Assembly: GCA_965202625.1 (NCBI GenBank) | Contig: CBDBBI010000010.1 | Location: 1,536,001-1,600,000 of the forward strand | Direction of reading: 5' to 3' | Origin: a bacterium | GTDB lineage: Bacteria; UBA8248 | Length of the DNA: 64,000 bases | Part shown: positions 33,811-44,245 of the stretch, piece by piece | Layout: every line of letters begins with the position of its first letter | Numbering within the stretch: the first letter of the stretch is position 1 | The notes under the pieces: generated by a model | What the model saw: the letters and a program-made list of their open reading frames with translations, nothing else | Told to the model about the DNA's origin: nothing | Database searches by the model: none | Translations under genes and position numbers: made by a program

Positions 33811-34038
33811 CTTTCCGCCACCTTCTGGTTTCACCGCACGACCGCTCCGCTCGCCCGAAAACAGAAAAAACGCATGGTAGCACATCGCGCGAGGGGGAGA
33901 GAAAGCGGAAATCGCGCCTCACCGATGGGCGACGCAAGAACTATATCTCAAGGCGAACGGGGGACGTTCTCTCATCCATAAATACGTGAACGTAGATAAA
34001 ATATCAGACGGGAGAAGGGCGAGAGAGCATATTTCTCA

Positions 34039-35202
34039 CTACCTGATCTGTAAGGGAGAAATTCGACGCGCGCCATTTGGGGGTGTGATTCGGCGCCGAT
34101 CGGCAAGCTGGCCGCACGCCGCGAGAACATCCCCTCCTTTGCTGACGCGGATGGTGGCGAGGACGCCGGCGGCGGACAACACCTGACGAAATTCCTCGAC
34201 CCGCCCATCGTCCGGCCGGTCGTATGGGGCTTCCGGAAACGGATTCCACGGAATCAGATTCACCTTGCATTTGAGGCCGCTCACCAGCCGAGAGAGCGCC
34301 CTCGCGTCTCGTTTTGAATCGTTGATCCCCCGAAGCAGGACGTATTCAAAGGTAATGCGGCGACGAGCGTTCATGGGCAACTCTCGGCATTCGCCGATGA
34401 GCGCGCTCAAATTCCATTTTCGATTGATCGGCGCCAGTTTCCCTCTGGTTTCATCGTCCGCCGCGTGAAGCGATACCGCCAAACCCACGCCCGGGACAGC
34501 GGAGACGAAATCCTTGAGTCTCGAAACGACTCCGACCGTCGACACGGTGAGCCTTCTGGGGCTGACGCCGTTCGCCCCGGAATGCGTCAGAATTCTCACG
34601 GCGTCTATGGTGGCGTCAAAATTATCGAGCGGCTCTCCCATCCCCATGAACACCACGTTGTGAAAGCGCTCGCCCTCGGCAAGACGCGCTCTGGCGGCGA
34701 GAAATTGACCGACGATCTCGCCCGCCGTCAGCTGGCGCACGAACCCCATCTTCGCCGTCATGCAAAACGCGCACCCCATGGCGCATCCCACCTGCGTGGA
34801 GACGCAAAGAGACCATCGCGCCGCTCCGTTCGCCCTCCTCATCGGTATGCGGACGCTCTCCACCCGCGCGCCATCGCGCAGACGCCACGCATATTTCTCC
34901 GTTCCATCCGCGCTTCTGCTCTCTTGATCCAGCGCGAGCGTCCCGATTCGGGCCGCGCTTTCGAGCTTCGCCCTCAGACCTTTGGGAACGTTCGTCATTT
35001 GGGCGAACTCCCGCGCACCATGTGCATACAGCCACGAGAACAGCTGCCGACCCCTGTATGGGGATTCCCCCATCCGCTTGCACAATGCGATGAGTTTCTC
35101 CTCATCCATTCCAATCAGATCAACGTTCTCAGAGGGTCGTGCTCGACTCGTCCTCTCTCGCGCCGCTTCTGGCTTCACGTCCCGTTCCCTCAACGCGCCC
35201 AC
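34039..35202 (-). CDS. rlmN: Dual-specificity 23S rRNA/tRNA m2A methyltransferase (radical SAM)
   Basis: CVSTQVGCAMGCAFC, MGMGEP, SLHA, AACGQL; start uncertain. Confidence 0.95.
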   Translation of the reverse strand: MGALRERDVKPEAARERTSRARPSENVDLIGMDEEKLIALCKRMGESPYRGRQLFSWLYAHGAREFAQMTNVPKGLRAKLESAARIGTLALDQESRSADGTEKYAWRLRDGARVESVRIPMRRANGAARWSLCVSTQVGCAMGCAFCMTAKMGFVRQLTAGEIVGQFLAARARLAEGERFHNVVFMGMGEPLDNFDATIDAVRILTHSGANGVSPRRLTVSTVGVVSRLKDFVSAVPGVGLAVSLHAADDETRGKLAPINRKWNLSALIGECRELPMNARRRITFEYVLLRGINDSKRDARALSRLVSGLKCKVNLIPWNPFPEAPYDRPDDGRVEEFRQVLSAAGVLATIRVSKGGDVLAACGQLADRRRITPPNGARRISPLQIR

Positions 35203-35280
35203 GGTGATATGTTTCGCCCGTTCCGTTTTCCGTTCGCATCATATCATGGTTGCCCACGCCCGAATGGGAGAACCTCCGCT

Positions 35281-35916
35281 TTGGCCATACGAGCGCTTCT
35301 TCTAGACCACGACGGCACTCTCGTCGACAGCTATGAGGGAATCGCAAAATGTATGCGCCTCACGTGCCGGGACCTGGGCGTTCCCGAGATGGGGGATGAA
35401 GAAATTCTCGCGTCCATCGGCCCCACGCTCGAGGAAAGATTTACCGAACTGTGGGGAGCGGACATAGCCAGCGAAGCAGCGCGCGCCTATCGCTCCCACT
35501 ACAAGGCGCATCATATCTCGGGCACTCGCATCATTCCGGAAGCGAAAAAAACGCTTGAGACCCTCGCCCATCAAGGGATGCGGATGGCTTGCGTATCAAA
35601 CAAGACGTGGTTTTTCTGCAAACAGCAACTGGCGCACGTAGGACTTCTTCCCTATATCCAGACGGTGTTCGGACACCGTCTGGGATATGCGCCGAAACCG
35701 GACCCCGAAATGTTGTTGGCCGCCATCAAACTGCTGAACGTGAAGCCAGAAGAAGCCGTCATGATTGGGGACACCACGACAGACATACAGGCGGCCAGAA
35801 ACGCGTCCATCCCCGTATGGATCATCAAGGGGAAATACACGCAACCCGATGAGATACAAAAATCAAACCCGGATAAATATCTGGAAAAATTGGGCGACAT
35901 CCTACAATGGCTGTAG
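35281..35916 (+). CDS. HAD-family hydrolase (phosphoglycolate phosphatase-like)
   Basis: LLDHDGTLVDS, VSNK, KPDP, IGDTTTD; TTG start inferred. Confidence 0.88.
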   Translation: MAIRALLLDHDGTLVDSYEGIAKCMRLTCRDLGVPEMGDEEILASIGPTLEERFTELWGADIASEAARAYRSHYKAHHISGTRIIPEAKKTLETLAHQGMRMACVSNKTWFFCKQQLAHVGLLPYIQTVFGHRLGYAPKPDPEMLLAAIKLLNVKPEEAVMIGDTTTDIQAARNASIPVWIIKGKYTQPDEIQKSNPDKYLEKLGDILQWL

Positions 35917-36295
35917 TTTTTATGACGTCCTACCGCGCCAGGCGCTCAGGTTCCCCATACGGGAGCACGCTCCACGCACAAAGCAGGACAACTCTCCATG
36001 AACTGGGCGCAGTGGACGCATACGCCAAGAGCCGAGCGACGCCCCCCAGGAAACGCTTACGCGCATCCTCCTACGACGTGGGGGCCCGGGTTACAGAGGG
36101 ACGGCCCAAGCCGTCCTTGCCGATTTCGCTGCGCTTGGGCCGTAGAGACGCGCTCCAAACCTGAAAACGCACGGTTTTCGCAACTTTCGGAAATGAGAGG
36201 GCGTCCCGAGATCACGTTGCCAAAGCGCGTATGATTTCTGTAACTTAGAAAAGCCCTTTCGACCTTGATGCGCCAAAAACCATCCAGGAAACGGA

Positions 36296-37036
36296 ATGCC
36301 AAACCAAACGGCCTCAACAGCCTCCCGAAAACAAAAAATCCTGAAACTCGCGGACAGACTGTTGTCTCGGTTTGGGAAGCCGGAGCGCATGAAACGAAAG
36401 GACCTCCTGGACGCCTTGATAGAAACCCTCCTCTCGCAAAGCACGACCGATCACAACCGCGATTTGGCGTTTCATTCCTTGAAAAAAACTTTCACCAACT
36501 GGGATGCAACCGCCGACGCCTCTCAAGAGGGCATCGCCCAGGCGATTCGCTCCGCCGGCTTGGGAAATCAGAAAGCCGAACGAATTCGAGGTTTCCTCAC
36601 ATGGCTTCGCAGGGATCGGAAACGACTCTCTCTGGAATTCCTGCACGAAGAATCGGATGATTTCGCCGTGCGGTATCTCACCCGGCACAAAGGCATCGGG
36701 GTAAAAACCGCCTACGTCACCCTGATGCTGGCCTCCAATCGGGACTTGTTCCCCATCGACGTTCATATTCACCGCATCATGATGCGCCTGGGCGTCATCA
36801 GCACAAAAACCACCCCCGAGAAATCTCATCCGGAGCTCGCTCCACTCATCCCCGAAGGACGCGCCCATGAGCTGCACATGAACATGCTGAATTTTGGCCG
36901 AACCATTTGCACCGCCCGAAACCCGAAATGCGCAGCCTGCGACATGAAGCGCATGTGCCGTCACTATCGAGAGGCGAACGCGAAAAAACAAAAAGCCGGA
37001 GGAACGCCCGTTTCTCAAAATCTAACCAAACCATGA
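36296..37036 (+). CDS. nth: Endonuclease III-like HhH-GPD DNA glycosylase
   Basis: LLSQSTTD, GIGVKTA, IDVHIHR, CTARNPKCAACDMKRMC Fe-S motif. Confidence 0.85.
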   Translation: MPNQTASTASRKQKILKLADRLLSRFGKPERMKRKDLLDALIETLLSQSTTDHNRDLAFHSLKKTFTNWDATADASQEGIAQAIRSAGLGNQKAERIRGFLTWLRRDRKRLSLEFLHEESDDFAVRYLTRHKGIGVKTAYVTLMLASNRDLFPIDVHIHRIMMRLGVISTKTTPEKSHPELAPLIPEGRAHELHMNMLNFGRTICTARNPKCAACDMKRMCRHYREANAKKQKAGGTPVSQNLTKP

Positions 37037-37929
37037 GATGGATCCAGCTGATCGGTCCAGGAGAGCTGCTCGCGATCGCATCCTCCATCACGTTCTCCGT
37101 GGCGCAAACCTTTCTCAGGCAAGGGATGAGAAGCGTATCCCCGCTCGCCACCGCTCTGCTTATCAATGGAATCGTCAGCCTGGGAGGTCTTGTCATATCC
37201 CTCATGAAAGGGACGCTGCTCACCTCCAAGCCAGACGCCATCCTCTGGTATGCAGCCGTGGGCGCCACGGGTCCGACTATTGGAAGATATTGTTATCTGG
37301 TGGGCGTCTCTCGCATGGGGCTCAGCCGAACCGTGCCCATATCCTCCGCCGCGCCCATTTGGGGGACTTTTTTCGCGGTGCTGTTTTTGGGCGAAGCTCC
37401 GACGGCCATGGTCGTGGCCGGCACCCTCGGCATCGTCATCGGCGTATCCATCCTCGGCATACAGGATGACAAGTCCGAATCCTTCAAAATCTGGTTTCAA
37501 GGGGCGCTGATATTCCCGCTCACCGCATCGTTGGCCTATGCGGCGGCGCCCATCTTCGCCAAACTCGCATACGCGCACCAGGCGACGCCAGGCGTCGGAA
37601 TGGCCGTATCCTTCGCCACGGCCAACGTTCTTCTCCTGCTCACCAAGCCCTTTCTGCCCGGCCAAAGAGATATTTCCGGAGACAGGAGGGGGCTCATATG
37701 GGTAGGGGTCGCGGGACTCATCGGCGTCTCCAGCTCCTACATGCTGTGGACGGCTCTTACCTTAGCGAGCGTATCCACCGCCCTCCCCTTGAGCCGAATC
37801 GCGCCGATCTGGGTGCTGATTCTCAGCTATTTCTTTCTCGGAAAACTCGAAAAAATCAACCGCAAGACGGTTTCAGCCACGATTTGCGTCGTCGCCGGCG
37901 GAGTGCTGATCACCGCTTTTCGGAATTAA
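37033..37929 (+). CDS. DMT/EamA-family transporter
   Basis: About 10 hydrophobic helices in two repeats, LFLGE/FFLGKLE. Confidence 0.85.
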   Translation: MRWIQLIGPGELLAIASSITFSVAQTFLRQGMRSVSPLATALLINGIVSLGGLVISLMKGTLLTSKPDAILWYAAVGATGPTIGRYCYLVGVSRMGLSRTVPISSAAPIWGTFFAVLFLGEAPTAMVVAGTLGIVIGVSILGIQDDKSESFKIWFQGALIFPLTASLAYAAAPIFAKLAYAHQATPGVGMAVSFATANVLLLLTKPFLPGQRDISGDRRGLIWVGVAGLIGVSSSYMLWTALTLASVSTALPLSRIAPIWVLILSYFFLGKLEKINRKTVSATICVVAGGVLITAFRN

Positions 37930-37994
37930 CCCGCTCGGGGCCGAAGCGCCGAACTTCTCGTTCATCAACGAGCGTTCTCTACCCTGCAGGAGCT

Positions 37995-39242
37995 CTACCT
38001 TCCCGCCGCGGCCTCGACCACGCGGGGAGAATAAATGAGATCGTCCACCTGCGGCGGATCCTCAAGGAAACCTGCCGCCTTAAGCGAAAGGACGTCGTTC
38101 GTGCCGTCTGAATGCAGAAAACTCAAGGCGTCGCGCATGAGTTTCTCGATGGGGTTCTTCCGCATGTATCCCGCCGCTCCCCAAAGCTCCATCGCCGCCT
38201 GGCAAACCTGCACGGCGGATTCGGACGCGAATACTTTGCTCAGCATCGCATTCTTTCTGTCCATCTCATCCAGCTGCGTGGACCAGGCCGTGCGCCACAG
38301 ATAGGAACGAGACGCTTCTATCTTCATCGCCATGCGCGCAAGCCGCACCTGCTGAATCTGGTGCGCAAACAAGGGCGCGCTTCCCTGAATTCTGGCGTGC
38401 GCATACTGTAAAGAGAGATCATACGCGCGTTGAGCGACACCCAGCACCGTGGAACCCGCCTGTATGTTGCTGCCGTGCTTTATCAGCAAATTAGCGAGTG
38501 CCGGCATCGCCTGGCCTTCCTCCCCGATTTGGTCCTCCGCGGGAATTTCCACGTTATGAAACTCCAACGTGCCGTTTTGAACGCACCGCTGGCCGAGTTT
38601 GTCCCACACCTCCGTAACGCGAAAGCCCTTCGCATCGGAGGGCATCAAAAAAGCCGTGAGACTGTTCGAGAGAGGATTTTTTTTGTCCGTGCGAGCGACG
38701 ACTTGATAGATTTTTGCGAGACCCCCGTTTGAGATGTAGCGCTTCTCGCCGTTCAGCACCCAGCAGTCTCCCCTTCTTTCGGCATACGTCTGCATTCCAG
38801 CGCCCGGATTCGGGTTGGGCCACACGTTGTCGCTACCCGCCATGGGTTCTGTCCAGGCTGTCGCCAGAAGACATTCATCATCCCCCATCAGTTTTGGAAG
38901 CCAGCGTCTTCGCTGTTCATCGTTCGCCATGTTGACAATCGACGTCATGATCTTCCACGTCTGATCATAGGCGACGGCGAGTCCTAAATCTCCATACGCC
39001 AGCGCCTCGCCCACGACGGCGCAGGAAAGGACGTCAGCGCCTTCCCCCCCGAACTCTCTCGGGACGGTAAGGGTTCTGAGACCTCGCCTCGAACCCTCTC
39101 TGATGACTTCCCAGTTAAAGGATTTCTCAGGATCCTGGATGCGGTCTGCGACCTCCGCGGCGGGTATCATCACCTCGGTGGCGTATCTCTTCGCAATGTC
39201 TCTGAGTTCCATCTGTCGGGACGTGAGTTGAAAATCAACCAT
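37995..39242 (-). CDS. Acyl-CoA dehydrogenase family protein
   Basis: AWTEPMAGSD, LNGEKRYISNG, KLGQR, WGAAGY, EKLMRDA. Confidence 0.92.
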   Translation of the reverse strand: MVDFQLTSRQMELRDIAKRYATEVMIPAAEVADRIQDPEKSFNWEVIREGSRRGLRTLTVPREFGGEGADVLSCAVVGEALAYGDLGLAVAYDQTWKIMTSIVNMANDEQRRRWLPKLMGDDECLLATAWTEPMAGSDNVWPNPNPGAGMQTYAERRGDCWVLNGEKRYISNGGLAKIYQVVARTDKKNPLSNSLTAFLMPSDAKGFRVTEVWDKLGQRCVQNGTLEFHNVEIPAEDQIGEEGQAMPALANLLIKHGSNIQAGSTVLGVAQRAYDLSLQYAHARIQGSAPLFAHQIQQVRLARMAMKIEASRSYLWRTAWSTQLDEMDRKNAMLSKVFASESAVQVCQAAMELWGAAGYMRKNPIEKLMRDALSFLHSDGTNDVLSLKAAGFLEDPPQVDDLIYSPRVVEAAAGR

Positions 39243-39368
39243 CGGCTTCGTCCTCCCAAGAAAAAACGTCATGGACATTGCAATCGTGGTGAATCGATCG
39301 CACATGACGCGCAAGGCAAAATCGGCTCCTTGTCCGCGCCTCTGCCGATAAGCGGGGGCGAGAATAGC

Positions 39369-39767
39369 TCAATGCGCCGATGGACTCTCGCACAATTCAA
39401 TGCGAACGTTGCCCGGTCCCCGAACATAGGCGATCATGCGTCCGCCTACTCCATGGCGTACGGGCTCCATCATAATCTCCGCTCCTCTATCCCTTAACCA
39501 TTCAACAGCCGCTTCCACGTCCGGAACGCCAAACCCGAAATGATCCAACCCCTGAACCAGTTCCGGCCCCACAGATGCAGGCGTCTCACCGGGTCTGACG
39601 CCGCGCGCGAATATTACCAGAGAGCCCACCTGAAGCGCCGCATTGGGCGATCCCTTGAAGTCCTCGTCGTAGCGGATGATTTCAGCCTCAAATATCTCTT
39701 GAAAATACGCAACAAACGCCTTTACATCCGCGCAGACGTAATGAATGTGGTCAAAGCTGAATTCCAT
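39369..39767 (-). CDS. VOC/glyoxalase-family protein
   Basis: FDHIH, LDHFGFGV, GPGNVRIEL. Confidence 0.85.
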   Translation of the reverse strand: MEFSFDHIHYVCADVKAFVAYFQEIFEAEIIRYDEDFKGSPNAALQVGSLVIFARGVRPGETPASVGPELVQGLDHFGFGVPDVEAAVEWLRDRGAEIMMEPVRHGVGGRMIAYVRGPGNVRIELCESPSAH

Positions 39768-39787
39768 CAGACTCCTCAAGCGCGAGA

Positions 39788-41497
39788 TTACGGAGTGATG
39801 ATGAGGGGTGCCTCTTTCGCATCGACGTTCTCTGAAACACCGCCATCCTCAGCATCCGCCTCCTGCGCTTCGCCTCCCTCACCCTGAGATTTCCGGACCT
39901 GGCGAATCATTCGCTCAAGCATCACGTTGATAGAATACTGCACCATTTCAACGAAAAGCGGCGGAGGCTCATCCCCTCCCTCTCGCACTTCGTCCGCCAG
40001 CGTCACGCACTCTCGCGCCATCGCCCCATCACCCGCTTGATGAAAAATATACCCATTATCTTCCAGCTGGCCCGCAATGCGCTCCCGCAATCCTCTATCC
40101 TGAAAAATTTCCTTTGCGCCATTTTCGACTATCTGCTCGAGCCGCTCTTTTTTCTGTCTTTCATCTATCGCCACCTGGGTTTCCATGGACTGCAAAAATT
40201 CCCGAAAATACGGCGTCACGCGCTCCTCATCCATCGCCCAACTCCAAAAAGGACGATGGGAGAAGATGACGCGCGTCTCCATCCTCTCCTCGCTTTCTCC
40301 GAGGGAACGCGCCATGGAGCGAAGAGGGTGCGGCCCCTCCACGGGAAACAGGTCGGGTTCCGCCAATGGATCGAGCATAAGCTTGGCGTGCGTAAAGCCT
40401 CCGGGCAGCGGCGTGTTTCCCGCCTCACTTTCGCGCTGAGCGCGCTCAAGAAGCCAAACGGCATACCCGGTGGGAACTTCCTGTGACGCCAGGGTAGGAA
40501 TTTCTGAGATCCGGCGAAAAACATCTCGCACCTCTTTCGCGCTCATTTCCGCATCGGTGAATTCGATGATACCCCTCCCCCGCATCAAACGCGCCTGCAC
40601 GAAATACCTTCCGCGCGGAACCCGAGAACGAGCGAGCCACAAAAGCATCTGCCCAAGACCATCCACGGCACTGGCCACCGCATGAACATAACCGGGCGGA
40701 TTGGACCGATGGGCAAAGCGCCCGCCCGCATCGGGCGCGTGTTCAATTTCGACGCCCTTGTTTTTCAATCGAAACGTCGCTTTACGAATGCGGGACAAGG
40801 TATCTTTGTCCTTGATGCGCCCCAAGAACCTCTGAAGGGCGATTACGGCGTCCCGTGTGCCTACGTTCTCCAGAATTTCGATAAAATGCGCAGGGGGCGG
40901 CGCCCCTTCGGCCACCATCGCTTCGGCCACCGCAAGCGCGCGCGCCTCTGAAACGCCATCCGCGCCTTCAAAACCATCACGAAACGTTACCTCCCGCAAA
41001 AAAGGAGGCAGTCTTTTCAAGGAAGATAGAAGGAGTTGCGCAGAATCGACCGTGAGGGACTCGTCCTGTTTGAGTTGATCAGAAATTTCCTGGGCTCGAC
41101 GCAACCTTTCCGCATCGAAACCATCCGGCAATTCGGCCGCCGGGTCCAAAGCCTGGACGGTATCCAGCAGCGCGGCGAGGCCCGGTATCGTCCAGCGCAT
41201 CGTCTGGATAAGCGAAACGAGCTTTTGAACGACAGAACCATCGCCCAACTCTCGTAGGGCGAGAAGCGTAGGGACCCTTCCTGTCGGCGTGGTGGAGGAT
41301 AGATGGCTCAACACGCCGGCGACCCCCGCCTCTCCCATCTCCCTGATCTCATCCAATAGAGGCGCGGGCGCCATAGATCCGGGCAGCGGCGGCGTAGTGA
41401 ACGACGCCTCAAGACCAGCCGCCACGGCCACGGCCCGATCCATATCCTCCTTCGGAAAATTTTTTTTCGAGGGCCGCTTCCTCAATTTCTTCGCCAA
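39788..41497 (-). CDS. Large hypothetical protein (helical-repeat N-terminus)
   Basis: Long ORF of about 570 aa with helical character; no recognised catalytic motif. Confidence 0.75.
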   Translation of the reverse strand: MAKKLRKRPSKKNFPKEDMDRAVAVAAGLEASFTTPPLPGSMAPAPLLDEIREMGEAGVAGVLSHLSSTTPTGRVPTLLALRELGDGSVVQKLVSLIQTMRWTIPGLAALLDTVQALDPAAELPDGFDAERLRRAQEISDQLKQDESLTVDSAQLLLSSLKRLPPFLREVTFRDGFEGADGVSEARALAVAEAMVAEGAPPPAHFIEILENVGTRDAVIALQRFLGRIKDKDTLSRIRKATFRLKNKGVEIEHAPDAGGRFAHRSNPPGYVHAVASAVDGLGQMLLWLARSRVPRGRYFVQARLMRGRGIIEFTDAEMSAKEVRDVFRRISEIPTLASQEVPTGYAVWLLERAQRESEAGNTPLPGGFTHAKLMLDPLAEPDLFPVEGPHPLRSMARSLGESEERMETRVIFSHRPFWSWAMDEERVTPYFREFLQSMETQVAIDERQKKERLEQIVENGAKEIFQDRGLRERIAGQLEDNGYIFHQAGDGAMARECVTLADEVREGGDEPPPLFVEMVQYSINVMLERMIRQVRKSQGEGGEAQEADAEDGGVSENVDAKEAPLIITP

Positions 41498-41661
41498 AAT
41501 CCCATCTCCCTGTAAAATACGCCTGTCTCTTCGCATCATTGGGGGACGCAGCGCGCGCTGTCAAGACAGCCTTGAAAACAACGTCTCCCCTCGCCCCTTT
41601 TGCCAACCACGACGCGCCCATGACACAATCGCCCGCTGAAATATTGCTTCCGGGAGATAAC

Positions 41662-42651
41662 GTGAACTTTCGATTCGCGCATTGTGGTGATTTCCACCTC
41701 GGTCATGATTTCGACTACCTCCCTCCTTCAAAGGCCGCAGCGCGCCAAGCCGACCTTCGTATCGCGTTTTTTCGCGCCGTTCGTGAAACGCTCGCGTGGG
41801 GTGCGCAAGTATTCCTCGTATCGGGGGACCTGTTCGAAACCCCTCATCCAAGCGACCGCCACGTCAACGTCGTCTCAAAGAATCTTTCTTATTTGTCCAA
41901 AAACGGTGTGCGCTGTTTCGCCATTCCCGGCAACCATGACCCGGCGCCCCCCCAATCCGTGTGGAGCCAGGCCAGAATCGCCAACAACGTTCATCTGTTC
42001 GACACAGACCCCGCCACCGAATTGGGCCAAGAGAACATCGCCGAACTCCACCTCACAATCGCTGGAATTCCCTGGGATACGCGCGATGCCTTCAAACCTC
42101 CCTTGCGGGAAATTCTCACGCAAAAACTTCGCTTGAACGATAGGGCCATCCTGCTGTTGCATGGTTCAGAAGCCGCTCTCGCCCAGGAACACCCCGCGTT
42201 CCAAGAACATCCTTTTCAGGCGGATGAGCTCAGGCGTCTTCCTTTCGGATATGTGGCCATCGGCCACTACCACAAACCCCTGGACGTCGCCCGCTGGAAC
42301 GGAGGTGCCGCATGCTACAGCGGCTCGCCGGAAGGGTTGCGCTTCAGCGATCACAACCTGGGCGAACGATCCATCGTTCTAGGAGAAATGGACGAGCGAG
42401 GCGCGCTCCTCCAGCTGAAGCGAAAAACCATCAACGCGCGCACCATGAGAACGCTCTCCTATTCAGCCGGCGATGGGACGACGACGGATGACTGGTTTCG
42501 GGCGGTTGACGAGATGCGAGACCCGGACACCCTCTTGAGAGTATGCGTTCCCAGGCAACAAGGAGAGCGGCAAAGACGGGCGGAGGTGCTCTTATCCTCC
42601 CTTCATCATGATTTTTTTCACCTAGACATCGTATGGGAATCGCCCTCTTGA
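41662..42651 (+). CDS. Mre11/SbcD-like DNA repair exonuclease (metallophosphoesterase)
   Basis: GDFHLG, SGDLF, PGNHD, LLHG, IGHYH, YSGSPE. Confidence 0.88.
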   Translation: MNFRFAHCGDFHLGHDFDYLPPSKAAARQADLRIAFFRAVRETLAWGAQVFLVSGDLFETPHPSDRHVNVVSKNLSYLSKNGVRCFAIPGNHDPAPPQSVWSQARIANNVHLFDTDPATELGQENIAELHLTIAGIPWDTRDAFKPPLREILTQKLRLNDRAILLLHGSEAALAQEHPAFQEHPFQADELRRLPFGYVAIGHYHKPLDVARWNGGAACYSGSPEGLRFSDHNLGERSIVLGEMDERGALLQLKRKTINARTMRTLSYSAGDGTTTDDWFRAVDEMRDPDTLLRVCVPRQQGERQRRAEVLLSSLHHDFFHLDIVWESPS

Positions 42652-43436
42652 GCGAAACCATTTGGTGCGACGCGGCTTTCGCTCCTCCGGAAATCCCCGC
42701 GCGGCTTCTTGATGCGCGCCGCGCAAGCGGGGAGGACGCGCAAAGCGTCGTATGCGTCGTCATAGACGTATTAAGGGCCACGACGACTATTGCGGCGAGC
42801 CTGGCGAATGGATGCGCCGCCATACATCCCTGTCCATCTCCTGGGATGGCGCTTGCATTGACCAAAAAGCGAAGGCTCCAGCATGGTTCCGAAAAGATAT
42901 TTCTTGGCGGGGAGCAAGACGGCAAGCCCATTGCGGGATTCGACGGAGGAAATTCCCCCCTCGAATACACAAAACAGAAAATCGGCGGAAAAACCCTCGT
43001 GCTCTCCACGAGCAATGGAACAAAAGCGCTCTCCGCCGTGAAGGGTTGCGAAGAAATTTTTACCGCCGCTTTCGTGAACATCACAGCAGTCGCCGGACGG
43101 ATGACGTCTCTACTTCATCGCGACCGAAGACGTTCCCTCCTAGTCGCCTGTGCCGGCCGAGAAGGGGGTTATTGTGAGGAAGACGCTGTGGGAGCGGGCC
43201 TCCTTCTGCGCATCCTGTCTGAAAATTTGAAGGATCTTGAATTCTCCGATACCGCTCGCGCGGCCCTCCACGTCGCCAGGGGCGCGGAAGAAAATTTGGA
43301 AAAAACGCTTTTTCATAGCGGGTGGGGAAAACATCTGCTCGCCTTGGGCCTTGGAGACGACGTATCCTTCTGCGCGCAAAAGGACGTCTTGGGCGTGGTT
43401 CCCAAAATGGATGCAGGGGTGATAAAGTGTTCTTAA
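42648..43436 (+). CDS. comB: 2-phosphosulfolactate phosphatase family protein
   Basis: VIDVLRATTT, GGE, GNSP, STSNGT, EDAVGAG. Confidence 0.88.
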   Translation: MSETIWCDAAFAPPEIPARLLDARRASGEDAQSVVCVVIDVLRATTTIAASLANGCAAIHPCPSPGMALALTKKRRLQHGSEKIFLGGEQDGKPIAGFDGGNSPLEYTKQKIGGKTLVLSTSNGTKALSAVKGCEEIFTAAFVNITAVAGRMTSLLHRDRRRSLLVACAGREGGYCEEDAVGAGLLLRILSENLKDLEFSDTARAALHVARGAEENLEKTLFHSGWGKHLLALGLGDDVSFCAQKDVLGVVPKMDAGVIKCS

Positions 43437-44245
43437 AGTTTGGCTGTCTTCGTCAATACGCTTTCAACCAAATCTCGCGCGTCTGGAGAATCCGCCCCGG
43501 GTCTTAGATAGAGAAAAAACTCCTGGTTTCCTTTTGCGCCTGGGAGCGCGCTCAACGCGACGTCTTGGGGAGCCAGCCGCATCCGAAGCGTCTCATCCCA
43601 AATTCTGACGAGAACTTCGCGGTGAAGCGCAGGATCGCGAACAATCCCCCCCTTGCCGACGCGGCCCTTACCCACCTCAAACTGTGGCTTTATGAGAGCG
43701 ATTATCTCTCCGCCGTCGGCGAGCAGCGCGCGGGTCGGCCCGATCACTTTCAAGACAGAGATGAAAGAAACGTCCATGACGCATAAACTGGGGCGCTCTT
43801 CTCCCGTCAGCATTCGAAACGTATCCAGCGTTAAACGCCTGGCGTTCACCCCCTCCAAAAGGATAACTCTGGGGTCGTTCCTCAATTTCCAATCAAGCAA
43901 GCCCCTGCCCACGTCCACCGCTGCGACCCGGCGCGCGCCACGCGTGAGCAGGACGTCGGTAAATCCGCCCGTGGACGCGCCAATGTCCGCGCAATACCTA
44001 TCCACTGGATAAATTCCAAAGGCATCCAGTGCGCCTGCGAGTTTCAGGCCGCCTCGGCTCACGTAGGAAAGAACATCTTCTTTTAGCGTGATGGATGCGT
44101 CCCGTGAAAATAAAGAACCCGCCTTCTCCGCGGGTTTGCCGTCAACAAACACGAGGCCCGCCAGAATCAGGCGCAGCGCGCGCTCCCGGCTTGGGACGAG
44201 AGCGCGTTCAACGACTAACTTGTCAAGCCTCTGTTTTCTTGCCAT
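43433..44245 (-). CDS. tlyA: TlyA rRNA 2'-O-methyltransferase
   Basis: S4 domain RLD, YVSRGGLKL, DIGASTGGFTD, KPQFE, GNQE. Confidence 0.95.
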   Translation of the reverse strand: MARKQRLDKLVVERALVPSRERALRLILAGLVFVDGKPAEKAGSLFSRDASITLKEDVLSYVSRGGLKLAGALDAFGIYPVDRYCADIGASTGGFTDVLLTRGARRVAAVDVGRGLLDWKLRNDPRVILLEGVNARRLTLDTFRMLTGEERPSLCVMDVSFISVLKVIGPTRALLADGGEIIALIKPQFEVGKGRVGKGGIVRDPALHREVLVRIWDETLRMRLAPQDVALSALPGAKGNQEFFLYLRPGADSPDARDLVESVLTKTAKL

